NCBI GenBank assembly: GCA_030656575.1
Contig: JAUSPO010000190.1
Span: 1 to 63,468 of the forward strand
DNA: 63,468 nt
Origin: Bacillota bacterium
GTDB lineage: Bacteria; Bacillota; Dethiobacteria; DTU022; UBA8154
Direction of reading: 5' to 3'
The translations under genes and the position numbers were made by a program. Position 1 is the stretch's first letter, and the number at the start of each line of letters is the position of its first letter. The notes under the pieces are model-generated. The model was given only the letters and a program-made list of their open reading frames with translations. It ran no database searches and was not told the origin of the DNA. Positions 7,591 through 16,891 of the stretch are shown in pieces.

Positions 7591-8349
7591 TTACCGTAGC
7601 GATCCCAGTTCGTTGGCAGCCCTGGACAGCATACGATCGTAGGCCTGAGAAATTTTTTGAGCTGCTTCGTAGCTACGCCGCACCTTTAACATATCGGTCA
7701 TCTGCCTGGACAAGTCAGCGTTTGATTCCTCAAGGAAGCCCTGAAAAATGACTGTATCTTCAGCCTGCTGTGGAATAACACCAGGCCCTGCCTGAAAAAG
7801 GCCGTAACCATCTTTAAAGAGGGAGTCATGGGAAGCAAAGGCAAGCAGCCTGAGCCTGTCCACTCTTTTTCCATTATCATAGACATTCCCCTCACGATCC
7901 ACCATCGGCTGACCTGCTTCTATAGTGATCACCCCTGCCTCACCGAGAAGTGGAAACCCCTGGGAATTTACGAGAACTCCTTCACCGTTAAGCTTAAAAT
8001 GACCATCCCTGCCAAAACGTAACCCATCCGGAGTTTCCAGGACAAAAAATCCCTCTCCCTGTAAAGCAAGGTCCAGAAGCCTGTCGGTGGAACGGAGCGC
8101 ACCACCTGTATGTACATGAAAGATGTCTTCGACTGCAATATTTTCAGCCGCTATGCCTGATAAAAAAAGATTTGTTCTTCCATTACTGTTCTTTTCAATA
8201 CGATGAAGTAATATTTCAGGAAAAGCCCCCACTACGACTTCACTTCTTTTATAACCTGGAGTATTGAGGTTGGCCAGATTATTGCTGATATTTTCCAGTC
8301 GGACCTGGTTAACCAGCATAGAACCGGCAGCATTGTAAATACCCCGCAT
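7591..8349 (-). CDS. Flagellar basal-body rod protein, FlgF/FlgG family
   Basis: 252 aa. MRGIYNAAGSMLVNQVRLENISNNLANLNTPGYKR ... GFLEESNADLSRQMTDMLKVRRSYEAAQ. Confidence 0.85.
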   Translation of the reverse strand: MRGIYNAAGSMLVNQVRLENISNNLANLNTPGYKRSEVVVGAFPEILLHRIEKNSNGRTNLFLSGIAAENIAVEDIFHVHTGGALRSTDRLLDLALQGEGFFVLETPDGLRFGRDGHFKLNGEGVLVNSQGFPLLGEAGVITIEAGQPMVDREGNVYDNGKRVDRLRLLAFASHDSLFKDGYGLFQAGPGVIPQQAEDTVIFQGFLEESNADLSRQMTDMLKVRRSYEAAQKISQAYDRMLSRAANELGSLR

Positions 8350-8373
8350 AAAATCCCTCCTCTCTCTAATTGT

Positions 8374-8398
8374 TTATCGGCAGCAAATAGATTATTTA
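8374..8398 (-). promoter_or_regulatory. Candidate sigma-D/sigma-28-type promoter upstream of the rod genes (spacer 2 nt short)
   Basis: The minus strand reads TAAA-N13-GCCGATAA. The -10 is perfect. The -35 spacing is 13 where the expected value is about 15. Confidence 0.4.
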
Positions 8399-8850
8399 AA
8401 CCCGTATTTACTACCAATTACCCAGGAAGGTTTTTTATCCAGGGAAAGAACCAGGTCTACCTCTCCCCGCGCCATCTTAAGATCCTGCGCAATGTTATCA
8501 GGAGAAAGACCCTTCTCAGAAAGGCGGAAAACTTCCCGGCAGCGTTCCAGACCTTCCAGGGTTTCCGGAACCTGTTCCTGTTTTCTGGCCCCTTCCAGCC
8601 GTAATTCCTGAAGCTCCAGATCTACTCTTTTAACCTGGAAAGAGATGTCTTCCACCTTTCGGTGCAGCTCGTGAAGCATCTGACGCGTATCCAGGCGTGC
8701 TGACCTGTTTTCAACCCTCAAAAAACGCAAAAAAAACGGCTCAGGGGGAGGACCCTTACGGGCAAACCACCAGGCCAGAAAAAAACCGGATACGATTCCG
8801 ATTATTATACCCATCAGGAGCATTGCATTTAATAGATCCACTGTAAGCAC
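8392..8850 (-). CDS. Hypothetical membrane-anchored coiled-coil protein with a C-terminal HTH-like segment
   Basis: 152-aa ORF directly after sigD. It has an N-terminal TM helix (LLMGIIIGIVSGFFLAWWF), a coiled-coil (ELHRKVEDISFQVKRVDLELQELRLE) and the tail GLSPDNIAQDLKMARGEVDLVLSL. No family recognised with certainty. Confidence 0.6.
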   Translation of the reverse strand: MLTVDLLNAMLLMGIIIGIVSGFFLAWWFARKGPPPEPFFLRFLRVENRSARLDTRQMLHELHRKVEDISFQVKRVDLELQELRLEGARKQEQVPETLEGLERCREVFRLSEKGLSPDNIAQDLKMARGEVDLVLSLDKKPSWVIGSKYGFK

Positions 8851-8854
8851 CCCG

Positions 8855-9610
8855 TTACTTTTCTAGATATCCTGTTCTTTCAAGCTTTTCTCTCATCTTA
8901 ATTAAACACCTGGCATGGATCTGGGAAACCCTGGCCGTGGACACTTTTAAAACCTGACCGATTTCCCTGAGAGTCAGCTCCTCCTTATAGTAAAGGGCCA
9001 GCACCAGTTTCTCCCTCTCGGAGAGTTCCTCTATGACACCTGCCAGTACTTCGCTTCGTTCACTCTTTTCCAAACTGTCTTCAGGGGTCAAAAAAGGACT
9101 GTCCCCGGAAAAAATCTCTTCACCCATATCGGAAGAGGGGGCAAAAAGAAGAGACTCCAGCGAGATGAGTGAACTGCAGTTCACCTGGGCATAAACCTGT
9201 GATACAGCTTCCGGAGTCCATTTCAGTTCTGTGCTAAGCTCCTGGAGTGATGGTTCTCTCCCCAACTTATGGCCCATTTCCTGCTCAGCATTCTTAAGCT
9301 GACGCAGCTTTTGATACATGGAGCGGGGCATCCAGGTAACTTTCCGAAGCTCGTCCAGCATAGCCCCCCGAATACGCCAGGTGGCAAAAGTAATAAAACC
9401 TGCATCAAAGGAAGGGTCAAAGCGATCAAGTGCTTCCAGTAACCCAATCACACCACTGGCCACGAGTTCATCCTCCTCCACATGAGAGGGCAGGCCAATG
9501 GAAAGACGACCGGCGATCTGTTTTACCAGGGGCAGGTATTCCTGAATGAGGGCCTCCTTTGTATCTTTATCCCCAGTATGTAGATATTTCTGCCAGAGTT
9601 CCTCTGCCAA
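8855..9610 (-). CDS. sigD: Flagellar sigma factor SigD/FliA (sigma-28 family)
   Basis: Regions 2-4 are recognisable (LIQEYLPLVKQIAGRL, FATWRIRGAMLDELR, LTLREIGQVLKVSTARVSQIHARCL). Probable TTG start at 9610, after GAAGGAGGGGG. Confidence 0.9.
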   Translation of the reverse strand: MAEELWQKYLHTGDKDTKEALIQEYLPLVKQIAGRLSIGLPSHVEEDELVASGVIGLLEALDRFDPSFDAGFITFATWRIRGAMLDELRKVTWMPRSMYQKLRQLKNAEQEMGHKLGREPSLQELSTELKWTPEAVSQVYAQVNCSSLISLESLLFAPSSDMGEEIFSGDSPFLTPEDSLEKSERSEVLAGVIEELSEREKLVLALYYKEELTLREIGQVLKVSTARVSQIHARCLIKMREKLERTGYLEK

Positions 9611-9623
9611 AACTCCCCCTCCT

Positions 9624-10343
9624 TCACTCAAGTATCCTATCACGGGATAAGGTAAATACAAAACGGATGATTTCATCCCTTGTTCTCTCATTTATATCAA
9701 AAAACTCTATCCCGTATCTGTATCGCACAACCTTGCCTATATAAAAGACAAAAACTCTCATTACTTTACCCTTCAAGAGAGCATCTGTGCTTTTTGCCCT
9801 GCTTTCCAGCCGAAAGCGCAGGGCCAATACAGCCCCCACAGTCAGTCTGCGTCGGGAAACGAACATCAAGCCTCCGCCGCTAATATTAATGACCACTGCC
9901 TTTTCAGGCAATCCCAGGGATTCCACCTGGTCACTCAAAGAAGTTGCGGTGTCACTGCAGTGGGAAGGCTGATCCCCATTCTTGAAACCCTGTTCGGACA
10001 ATACCCAGTATTGAAGATCCATCATACAGGGAAAGCGAAAAAATTGCCGCCTCTGGCGCCGTTCAACATCCTCAGGCAAGGAGATGAGGTAAAGGGGGAT
10101 ATATCCGTTAAATTTCTTCCCCAAAATCTTACTTTTAAAAGAATAAAGAGCATCTGCCACCGGGAGGCGAAAACTATAGGTTTCCCCCTCCTGTAAGAAC
10201 ATCTGCTTTTGTTTTTTCACGGGCGCTCCCAGGGCAATATGATCCTTTCCGATTTCCTGGATAGTACTCTGATAATAAACCTGGTTTTTTTGGTCATAGA
10301 CATACAGGTGCATATTTACATGAAGAAGGTTTTTTATCTCCAT
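9624..10343 (-). CDS. PilZ-domain c-di-GMP receptor (YcgR/MotI-like flagellar brake candidate)
   Basis: RRQRRQFFRF (RRxxxR) and VINISGGGL (D/NxSxxG) motifs. Positioned between flhG and sigD. Confidence 0.8.
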   Translation of the reverse strand: MEIKNLLHVNMHLYVYDQKNQVYYQSTIQEIGKDHIALGAPVKKQKQMFLQEGETYSFRLPVADALYSFKSKILGKKFNGYIPLYLISLPEDVERRQRRQFFRFPCMMDLQYWVLSEQGFKNGDQPSHCSDTATSLSDQVESLGLPEKAVVINISGGGLMFVSRRRLTVGAVLALRFRLESRAKSTDALLKGKVMRVFVFYIGKVVRYRYGIEFFDINERTRDEIIRFVFTLSRDRILE

Positions 10344-10350
10344 TTTCTCC

Positions 10351-11235
10351 TCAACTCCACAGTTTGATGAGTCGTTTTAAAAAGCCGCCTTCTTTTTTCT
10401 TTTCTTCTTCCGGGACCATTTCTTCCTCAAAAAGAATGCGGCGTGCTATCTGCCGGGTGCACTGAGCAGCCCTGGAACGGGGAAACTGAAGAACATATGG
10501 CAAGCAGTTTACAACTGCCTGATGGACACTATGGTCAAATTCAATGTCTCCCAAAAAATTCAGATCGATCTCCAAAAAATTCTCACAGACCTTCTGAATA
10601 CGCTTATAGACATTTTCCCCTTCCTTAGGGCTGCGCGTCATGTTAACCACAAGGTTTACAGCGGAATGCAGCCGGTAGTTGTTTACTACTTTGATAATAC
10701 TGTAGACATCGGTAATTGCAGTAGGTTCAGGAGTAGTAACCATGATCAGTTCATCAGCTGCAGCAATAAAACTGAGAACATTTCGGGAAAGACCCGCAGC
10801 ACAATCTATGAGAAGGATATCCCCATTTTCTTCAATATAGGAGAGACGGGAAACAAGCTGCTCACGCTGATGGTTATCCAGAGTAACAACCTCAGAAAAA
10901 CCGGAGCCTCCGGGAATTACCTCTACGTTAAACGGCCCCCGCAGCACCACGTCGCTCAAATCTTTATAACCACGGATAACATCCAGCAGTGAATACTCTG
11001 GTTTAAGGTCCAATAGGATATCCACATTTGCAAGTCCCAGATCCGTATCAAGAATGACAATCTTATGTCCCCACTGGCCCAGAACAATGGCAAGATTGAC
11101 TACAAGATTGGTTTTTCCCACCCCTCCCTTGCCGCTGGCAACCACAATAATTCTGGAAAGTCCCCGTCTCTTTGGCGCATTATAGGTTTGACGGCCCTGA
11201 AATATTTCCCTCAAGCGTTCAGCTTGATCAACCAT
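10351..11235 (-). CDS. flhG: FlhG (YlxH/MinD-like ATPase) flagellar number regulator
   Basis: Deviant Walker A VVASGKGGVGKT and MinD/ParA-like architecture. Follows flhF. Confidence 0.9.
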   Translation of the reverse strand: MVDQAERLREIFQGRQTYNAPKRRGLSRIIVVASGKGGVGKTNLVVNLAIVLGQWGHKIVILDTDLGLANVDILLDLKPEYSLLDVIRGYKDLSDVVLRGPFNVEVIPGGSGFSEVVTLDNHQREQLVSRLSYIEENGDILLIDCAAGLSRNVLSFIAAADELIMVTTPEPTAITDVYSIIKVVNNYRLHSAVNLVVNMTRSPKEGENVYKRIQKVCENFLEIDLNFLGDIEFDHSVHQAVVNCLPYVLQFPRSRAAQCTRQIARRILFEEEMVPEEEKKKEGGFLKRLIKLWS

Positions 11236-12317
11236 CAGTCATCCTCCCCCAGGATCAAGGCGCACATTTTTTCTATATCCGCCAAACAGATATCATCAGG
11301 AACATTTTGCCCGGTAGTAAGATAAATTACCGGTAACCCTGTCAGGTAAATACCGTTCAGCAGTACACCGTATGTATTTGTCTCATCAAGCTTTGTAAAA
11401 ATAATGCGGTTATAGTTCATGCACTTAAAATTTTCACAGATTAATCTCAAATCCTGCGATTTGGTGGTAGCGCTGACGACCATGAATATCTCTGCAGGAG
11501 GTAGGTTTTGCAGGTAATTGGACATCTCCTGGATATGGGTATGGTTAAGAGTGCTTCTCCCTGCAGTATCCACCAGGATCCGCTGGCAACCGCTCAGCTT
11601 TTCAAGGGCGCAGGTCAGCTCTTTTGGAGTCATGACCACTTCCAGGGGAAGACCGGTGATATCAGCATACGTACGAAGCTGCTCAACAGCTCCAATACGG
11701 TAATGGTCAATGGTGATAATTCCCACTCTTTCTCCCTGGTAAAGGGCATAACGGGCTGCAAGCTTTGCCAGGGTGGTGGTCTTTCCCACCCCTGTAGGGC
11801 CTACAAATACCTGTACAGCAGCACCTTTCTCAGGGGCTGTCCTAAACCTTCTCCGCATTTTTTTGCGCAAAAGGAGCCCGATAATCTCTTCTGTTAATTG
11901 AATCTCACCGGAGAGGCTTCCCTTGATCTCATCCATAAATTCCTGAATGAGTTCGTCATAAAGTTCCTGCCGCTCCAGTTGGAGCCTCCATTTTTTAAGC
12001 TCCTTCCGCTCGTTATCCTGCATATCGTCGGGAATAGACTGCCTGGTCACTAACCGGTTAATCATCGTCCTTAATTCCCCAAGATCCTGCTGGACCTTTT
12101 TCTCAAATTGTTCCTGATAAGGGTTTTCAGGAATTATCTGCGCAGGGGGGTTCTCCACAGCAGCAGTAATCTCCAGTTTGCGGGGCGCAAACAAACCTTT
12201 GAAACCTTTTGTGCGCACCCTGCGGCTCTGAATAATAACAGCCTCAGAGCCAAGCTCTTCCCTGATACGCAGCATACCTTCCTTCATATCCCGCACATAA
12301 TATCTTCTAATTTTCAT
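11235..12317 (-). CDS. flhF: FlhF SRP-like GTPase
   Basis: GPTGVGKTTTLAKLA, DTAGR and TKLDET G-motifs. 360 aa. Confidence 0.9.
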   Translation of the reverse strand: MKIRRYYVRDMKEGMLRIREELGSEAVIIQSRRVRTKGFKGLFAPRKLEITAAVENPPAQIIPENPYQEQFEKKVQQDLGELRTMINRLVTRQSIPDDMQDNERKELKKWRLQLERQELYDELIQEFMDEIKGSLSGEIQLTEEIIGLLLRKKMRRRFRTAPEKGAAVQVFVGPTGVGKTTTLAKLAARYALYQGERVGIITIDHYRIGAVEQLRTYADITGLPLEVVMTPKELTCALEKLSGCQRILVDTAGRSTLNHTHIQEMSNYLQNLPPAEIFMVVSATTKSQDLRLICENFKCMNYNRIIFTKLDETNTYGVLLNGIYLTGLPVIYLTTGQNVPDDICLADIEKMCALILGEDD

Positions 12318-14397
12318 GTTCTTTTAACACCCCCACTGATTCAACTTCAAGTTGGGGCAAAATTTCATTAAATGAAAGAATAGCAAGATCACGGACGTAG
12401 CGCTCAACCAGGCGGCGAAAGGGAAGTCTGATGCGGGGTGAAGTGAGCACCACCGGCGAAAGTCCTTTGCCCCGCAGTCTTTCGGTAAGATTGGAAATCC
12501 CCTGGATGATACGCTGTGCTGTTTCCGGTTCCAGGACAGGATAGCTACCGTGAATTGTCTGCTGCAGAGAATCGGCAATACGTTTTTCAAGAACCGGATC
12601 GAGGGTAATAACGTGAAGCTTTTTACCGGGCCCGGCAAAACATGAACTGATCGTCCGCGACATCCCCTGACGTACATAATCAGTTAGCACGTCAGGATCT
12701 TTGGTGGTAACAGCAAAATCCGCCAGCGTCTCCAGAATTGTAGGCAGGTCCTGAAGGGGAATGTTTTCCCGCAGCAGGTTCTGCAAGACTTTCTGAATCT
12801 CCCCTAAACTCATTAGATCGGGAATCAGTTCATCCACTACAGCAGGTCGTGTTTCTTTAACCATGGCTATAATTTCCTTTACTTCCTGTCGCCCGAGAAG
12901 CTCATGGGCATGGGTTTTAATAATCTCGGTCATATGTGTAATAAGTACCGTAGTCAGGTCCACAACTGTGCAGCCTCTCAGCTCCACCTCCTGCTTTTGC
13001 GCAGGAGATATCCACGCTGCAGGCAGGTTAAAAGTGGGTTCCTCAGTAGGAATACCTCCTAAATCCTCAGCTGAAATACCTTCAGGATTTAATGCCATGA
13101 GATAGCCGGGTCGCAGTTCTCCCCGGGCAACCTCATTTCCCTTCAGCTTGATCAGGTAAGTATTAGGATGCAGTTGGAGGTTGTCCCTGATACGAATAGG
13201 CCTGATAATCATCCCCAGTTCTGTGGACATCCGTCTCCTTGCAGCGGTGATACGCTGCAGTAGGTCCCCGTTTTCACCCTTTTCCGTCAGAGAAACCAGG
13301 TTATAACCTATTTCTATCTCCAGCAGGTCCACCTTCATAAGGGAGCGCAGATCGTCTTCCGGTGAAGGCAGTTCCGCCTCAACCTCTTCAACTTCCTCTT
13401 TCCCCTTCGACCTGACATCCTTTTCTTCTTTGAAGAGGCTAAAAGCCCCGAAACCACAGGCTGCAGCAAGTATAAAGAAAGGAACAAAAGGAAGGGGCGT
13501 GAGCAGTCCGAGAAGGAAAAGAATTAAAGCCGTAATTGCCAGCACTTTCGGCAAATTAAAAAACTGGGAGACAAGATCTTCTCCAAAACCCTTTTCCGCC
13601 GTGGAACGGGTAACGAGCAGGCCCGCAGCGGTAGATATCAAAAGGGCAGGTATCTGCGCTACAAGACCGTCCCCCACGGTAAGATTAGTATAGGTGCGGG
13701 CAGCGTCTTCAAAGGTCATGCCCCTCTGCACCATGCCAATGGCCAGGCCTCCCAGTATATTGATCAAAACGATAACAATTCCGGCAATGGCGTCACCCCT
13801 GACGAACTTGCTGGCACCGTCCATAGCCCCGAAAAAGTCGGCTTCCCGCTGGTTATTCCGCCGCCTGGCACGGGCTTCCACTTCATCTATAAGACCAGCA
13901 TTGAAATCAGCATCTACGCTCATCTGCTTACCTGGCATGGCATCCAGGGTAAACCGGGCCGCCACTTCAGCAATACGTCCTGCACCGCTTGTGATCACTA
14001 CGAATTGCACAAGGGTAATGATAATAAAGATAATGAAACCTACTACATAATTCCCCCCCACAACAAACTCCCCAAAAGCGTTAATCACGTTACCGGCCCG
14101 GGCCTCCGTAAGGATCAGGCGGGTTGAGGAAATATTAAGGGAGAGGCGAAAAAGGGTGACCACCAGAAGCACGGAAGGAAAAGTGGATACCTGCAGGATC
14201 TCTGTAATAAAAAGAGTCACAAGGATGACAATCAAGGCCAGAGAAATATTGAGGACAAGAAGCATGTCCAACACCAATGGACTTATAGGAATAATAATAA
14301 TAGCAATAATAAACATAAAGGCTACGGCAACAACGATATCCATATTCTTAAAAATCTTTGACAAAGCCGCACGCCAGATAGAAATAAGAAAAGGCAC
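12307..14397 (-). CDS. flhA: FlhA flagellar export gate protein
   Basis: 696 aa. It has an N-terminal polytopic membrane domain, the FHIPEP motif region (GAMDGASKFVRGDAIAG) and a large cytoplasmic domain. GTG start as in the ORF track; the exact start is uncertain. Confidence 0.9.
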   Translation of the reverse strand: MPFLISIWRAALSKIFKNMDIVVAVAFMFIIAIIIIPISPLVLDMLLVLNISLALIVILVTLFITEILQVSTFPSVLLVVTLFRLSLNISSTRLILTEARAGNVINAFGEFVVGGNYVVGFIIFIIITLVQFVVITSGAGRIAEVAARFTLDAMPGKQMSVDADFNAGLIDEVEARARRRNNQREADFFGAMDGASKFVRGDAIAGIVIVLINILGGLAIGMVQRGMTFEDAARTYTNLTVGDGLVAQIPALLISTAAGLLVTRSTAEKGFGEDLVSQFFNLPKVLAITALILFLLGLLTPLPFVPFFILAAACGFGAFSLFKEEKDVRSKGKEEVEEVEAELPSPEDDLRSLMKVDLLEIEIGYNLVSLTEKGENGDLLQRITAARRRMSTELGMIIRPIRIRDNLQLHPNTYLIKLKGNEVARGELRPGYLMALNPEGISAEDLGGIPTEEPTFNLPAAWISPAQKQEVELRGCTVVDLTTVLITHMTEIIKTHAHELLGRQEVKEIIAMVKETRPAVVDELIPDLMSLGEIQKVLQNLLRENIPLQDLPTILETLADFAVTTKDPDVLTDYVRQGMSRTISSCFAGPGKKLHVITLDPVLEKRIADSLQQTIHGSYPVLEPETAQRIIQGISNLTERLRGKGLSPVVLTSPRIRLPFRRLVERYVRDLAILSFNEILPQLEVESVGVLKEHEN

Positions 14398-14409
14398 CCC
14401 CGTTCCAAA

Positions 14410-14459
14410 TTATCCACATTTTCGACAGTTTTCCACAAAAAAACAGTATTTTATCCACA
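14410..14459 (+). promoter_or_regulatory. Cluster of three co-oriented DnaA-box-like 9-mers in the flhB-flhA spacer
   Basis: TTATCCACA at 14410-14418 and 14451-14459 (perfect consensus). TTTTCCACA at 14429-14437 (one mismatch). Spacing 19 and 22 nt. Confidence 0.6.
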
Positions 14460-14515
14460 AAGAAACTCTTTTTTTACAGAATTTAACTTAACAGGTAACG
14501 GTAGGATCTGCTAAT

Positions 14516-14544
14516 ATTATAGTGTTCTACTCCATATTTTGCAA
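14516..14544 (-). promoter_or_regulatory. Near-consensus sigma-A-type promoter reading toward flhA
   Basis: Minus strand TTGCAA (14539-14544), N17, TATAAT (14516-14521). It starts 16 nt after the flhB stop. Confidence 0.55.
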
Positions 14545-14559
14545 GTACCTGTCGAAAAT

Positions 14560-15726
14560 TTATGCCCTGGCAGGTCGGCGTTTCCGCTCTTTTTCCTGTA
14601 ACCTGTAAACGAGGGCCAGGATCTCCGCAACCGCCTGGTAGAGATCCTGGGGTACTTCCTGTCCCAGTTCTACCTGGGCGAAAAGAAGTCGTGCTACCGG
14701 CGGATCTTCAATAATGGGAATGTTATTTTCGCTGGCCACCTCCCGGATTCTAAGGGCCATCCTGCCTGCCCCTTTGGCTACCAACACCGGCGCCTGATCC
14801 TCTTTTTCAATAAATCTAAGCGCTACAGCATACTCTGTGGGGTTTATAATAACCACCGTGGCTTCAGGCACATCTGCCAGGCTGCGCTGCTGAGCAATGG
14901 CCCGTTGCCTTTCACGCTGCCTTGCGCGCACATGAGGATCACCTTCTAAGTTTTTAAACTCATCTTTAACTTCCTTTTTGGACATGCGCTGGCTTTTCTG
15001 AAACTCGTAGCGCTGATAGATATAATCAAGCAGGGAAATAAACATAAAGACAGCGGCCACCCACAGTGCCAGCCCCCGCAAAACGCTGACCAGAACCGAA
15101 ACAAACATCCCGGGCTCTTGAGCAAAAAGAAGCAGCATTTCCGGAAGTTGGGCCCGCAGGTAAAGATAGCTCACAGTCCCTACGATGGACACCTTTAAAA
15201 TGGACTTAACCATTTCAAAAAGAGCCCTCGTGGAAAAAATGCGTTTAAACCCTTCCAAAGGATTGATACGTTTTCCCTGGGGCTTAATCGTTTCGCTGGA
15301 AACCAAAAATCCAACCTGCAGCACATTGGAAAGAAAGCCCAGCAACAATGCCGTTAATAAAAACGGCGCTGCGAGTAACAGGAACTGCTCCAGGACAAAC
15401 CTGGACAGATAATCAAAAGAAAACATCTCAAAGGAATCTCCCCGCAGTTGATCAATAGAATGGCGCATCAAGGATGTAAAGCCGTTTAGAAAGTAACGCC
15501 AGTAGAGGACAAAGAAAAAAACCATTCCCGCCATGCCAACAGCAGCGTTCATCTCCGTACTCTTCATGACCTGCCCTTTTTTACGGGCTTCCCTGCGGCG
15601 ATGAGGCGTGGCTTCTTCCGTTTTATCCTCATCCCCGGCAAAAAACTGCAGATTTAACCGCCGTTCTTCATCCAGGATATATTCCCTGAGCAGCCATAAA
15701 AAGAATGCAGACGGACTCAAACTCAT
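14560..15726 (-). CDS. flhB: FlhB flagellar export switch protein
   Basis: LQFFAGDEDKTEEATPHRRREARKKGQVMKS N-terminus, four TM segments and the autocleavage-region motif NPTEYAVAL (NPTH-like). Confidence 0.9.
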   Translation of the reverse strand: MSLSPSAFFLWLLREYILDEERRLNLQFFAGDEDKTEEATPHRRREARKKGQVMKSTEMNAAVGMAGMVFFFVLYWRYFLNGFTSLMRHSIDQLRGDSFEMFSFDYLSRFVLEQFLLLAAPFLLTALLLGFLSNVLQVGFLVSSETIKPQGKRINPLEGFKRIFSTRALFEMVKSILKVSIVGTVSYLYLRAQLPEMLLLFAQEPGMFVSVLVSVLRGLALWVAAVFMFISLLDYIYQRYEFQKSQRMSKKEVKDEFKNLEGDPHVRARQRERQRAIAQQRSLADVPEATVVIINPTEYAVALRFIEKEDQAPVLVAKGAGRMALRIREVASENNIPIIEDPPVARLLFAQVELGQEVPQDLYQAVAEILALVYRLQEKERKRRPARA

Positions 15727-15758
15727 CTTTCATCCCTTTCTGTTCTTACGCTGTAGTG

Positions 15759-16529
15759 CTACCAGTTTCTCATTACAATAATAAAGTCCCGGGCCAACAT
15801 GTCAAAAACGTCCCTCATCACCACTCCCAGAAGCGGGAGCATCAGCAAAAAGACCACGAGAACAAAGGCTATCTTTAAGGGCAGGCCAATAATAAAAACA
15901 TGAATTTGCGGGACTGTTTTGGAAAGAAAACCCAGGGCAAGATCCATCAGCCAAAGGACGATAATCACCGGAGCGGCAATCTGAAATGCCAGCAGGAACA
16001 TGGCAGCAAATATTTTAAGGTATTCCCAGGACACCGGAGTGGAGATCAACGGACTATCCAGGGGAACAACCGTAAAGCTCTCTTTCAGTGAAAGAAAAAG
16101 AAGGTGATGTCCGTTGACTGTGAGGTAGAAAACTGCTGCCAGAAAGTAAAAAAATTGTCCCAGGAGCGTCACCTGGCCTCCGAAAAGAGGGTCGAAAGCG
16201 CCGGCCATCATCAGACCTGCTTTATGGTCCATAAATTGTCCGGCCATCAGGAAAACGGAAAAATATAAATAAACAAGAAACCCCAGAACCAGTCCTGTAA
16301 AAATCTCCTTCCCCAGCATAACAATCAGACCCAGATCGGTAACGGGCAGGGGAACCTGCCCTTCCATGGATAAAGTGAGGACAAGAGATAAGACAAATGC
16401 AAAAAAAAGACGAAGCATTGCAGGAATACCGCGCCAGCTAAAAAATGGAATTACTGAGACAAAGGCCGCGATACGGGTGAAGACGAGTAAAAATGGCAGC
16501 CAAAACTCTAAAAAGAATACCTCCGTCAA
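15759..16529 (-). CDS. fliR: FliR export apparatus protein
   Basis: 256-aa polytopic membrane ORF between fliQ and flhB. TTG start after AAGGGAG. Confidence 0.85.
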   Translation of the reverse strand: MTEVFFLEFWLPFLLVFTRIAAFVSVIPFFSWRGIPAMLRLFFAFVLSLVLTLSMEGQVPLPVTDLGLIVMLGKEIFTGLVLGFLVYLYFSVFLMAGQFMDHKAGLMMAGAFDPLFGGQVTLLGQFFYFLAAVFYLTVNGHHLLFLSLKESFTVVPLDSPLISTPVSWEYLKIFAAMFLLAFQIAAPVIIVLWLMDLALGFLSKTVPQIHVFIIGLPLKIAFVLVVFLLMLPLLGVVMRDVFDMLARDFIIVMRNW

Positions 16530-16541
16530 TGTATTTCTCCC

Positions 16542-16808
16542 TTAAAAAATAGTACCAAGATTTGCCCAAAGGTCAAGAGTAAAAGACATAATTATGCGCA
16601 TCATCCAACCTCCGAATACGAGCAGCGCAATAAAGACAGCGGCTATCTTGGGTACAAAAGCCAGGGTAGGCTCTTGGATCTGGGTTGTGGCCTGAAAAAT
16701 ACTAACCAGTAAACCCACCGCCAGACCGACTCCGAGTATGGGAGCTGCCACAATCAATATGGTGGTTATGCCATCACGGGCAATACTTATAACAAACTCA
16801 GGAGTCAC
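16542..16808 (-). CDS. fliQ: FliQ export apparatus protein
   Basis: 88 aa with two TM helices (...LVSIFQATTQIQEPTLAFVPKI). GTG start after GGAAGGAGG. Confidence 0.9.
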   Translation of the reverse strand: MTPEFVISIARDGITTILIVAAPILGVGLAVGLLVSIFQATTQIQEPTLAFVPKIAAVFIALLVFGGWMMRIIMSFTLDLWANLGTIF

Positions 16809-16844
16809 GGGCCTTCGCCTCCTTCCGTATCCAAGATCCTTGTT

Positions 16845-16889
16845 CTCGTCGTTTTCTCTTATTCTGACTCCTGACTCCTGACTCCTATT
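16845..16889. repeat. Heptamer repeat (CTGACTC x3) with the box TCGTCGTTTTCTCTTATTCT in the fliP-fliQ spacer
   Basis: Read directly. On the transcribed (minus) strand it reads AGGAGTCAGGAGTCAGGAGTCAGAATAAGAGAAAACGACGA. Confidence 0.9.
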
Positions 16890-16891
16890 CT

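Noticed and set aside
14410-14459. Replication origin (oriC) because of the DnaA boxes.
   Set aside because: No dnaA/dnaN or rnpA/rpmH neighbours, no obvious AT-rich unwinding 13-mers, and the location is in the middle of a flagellar operon. A regulatory or titration site is more plausible.
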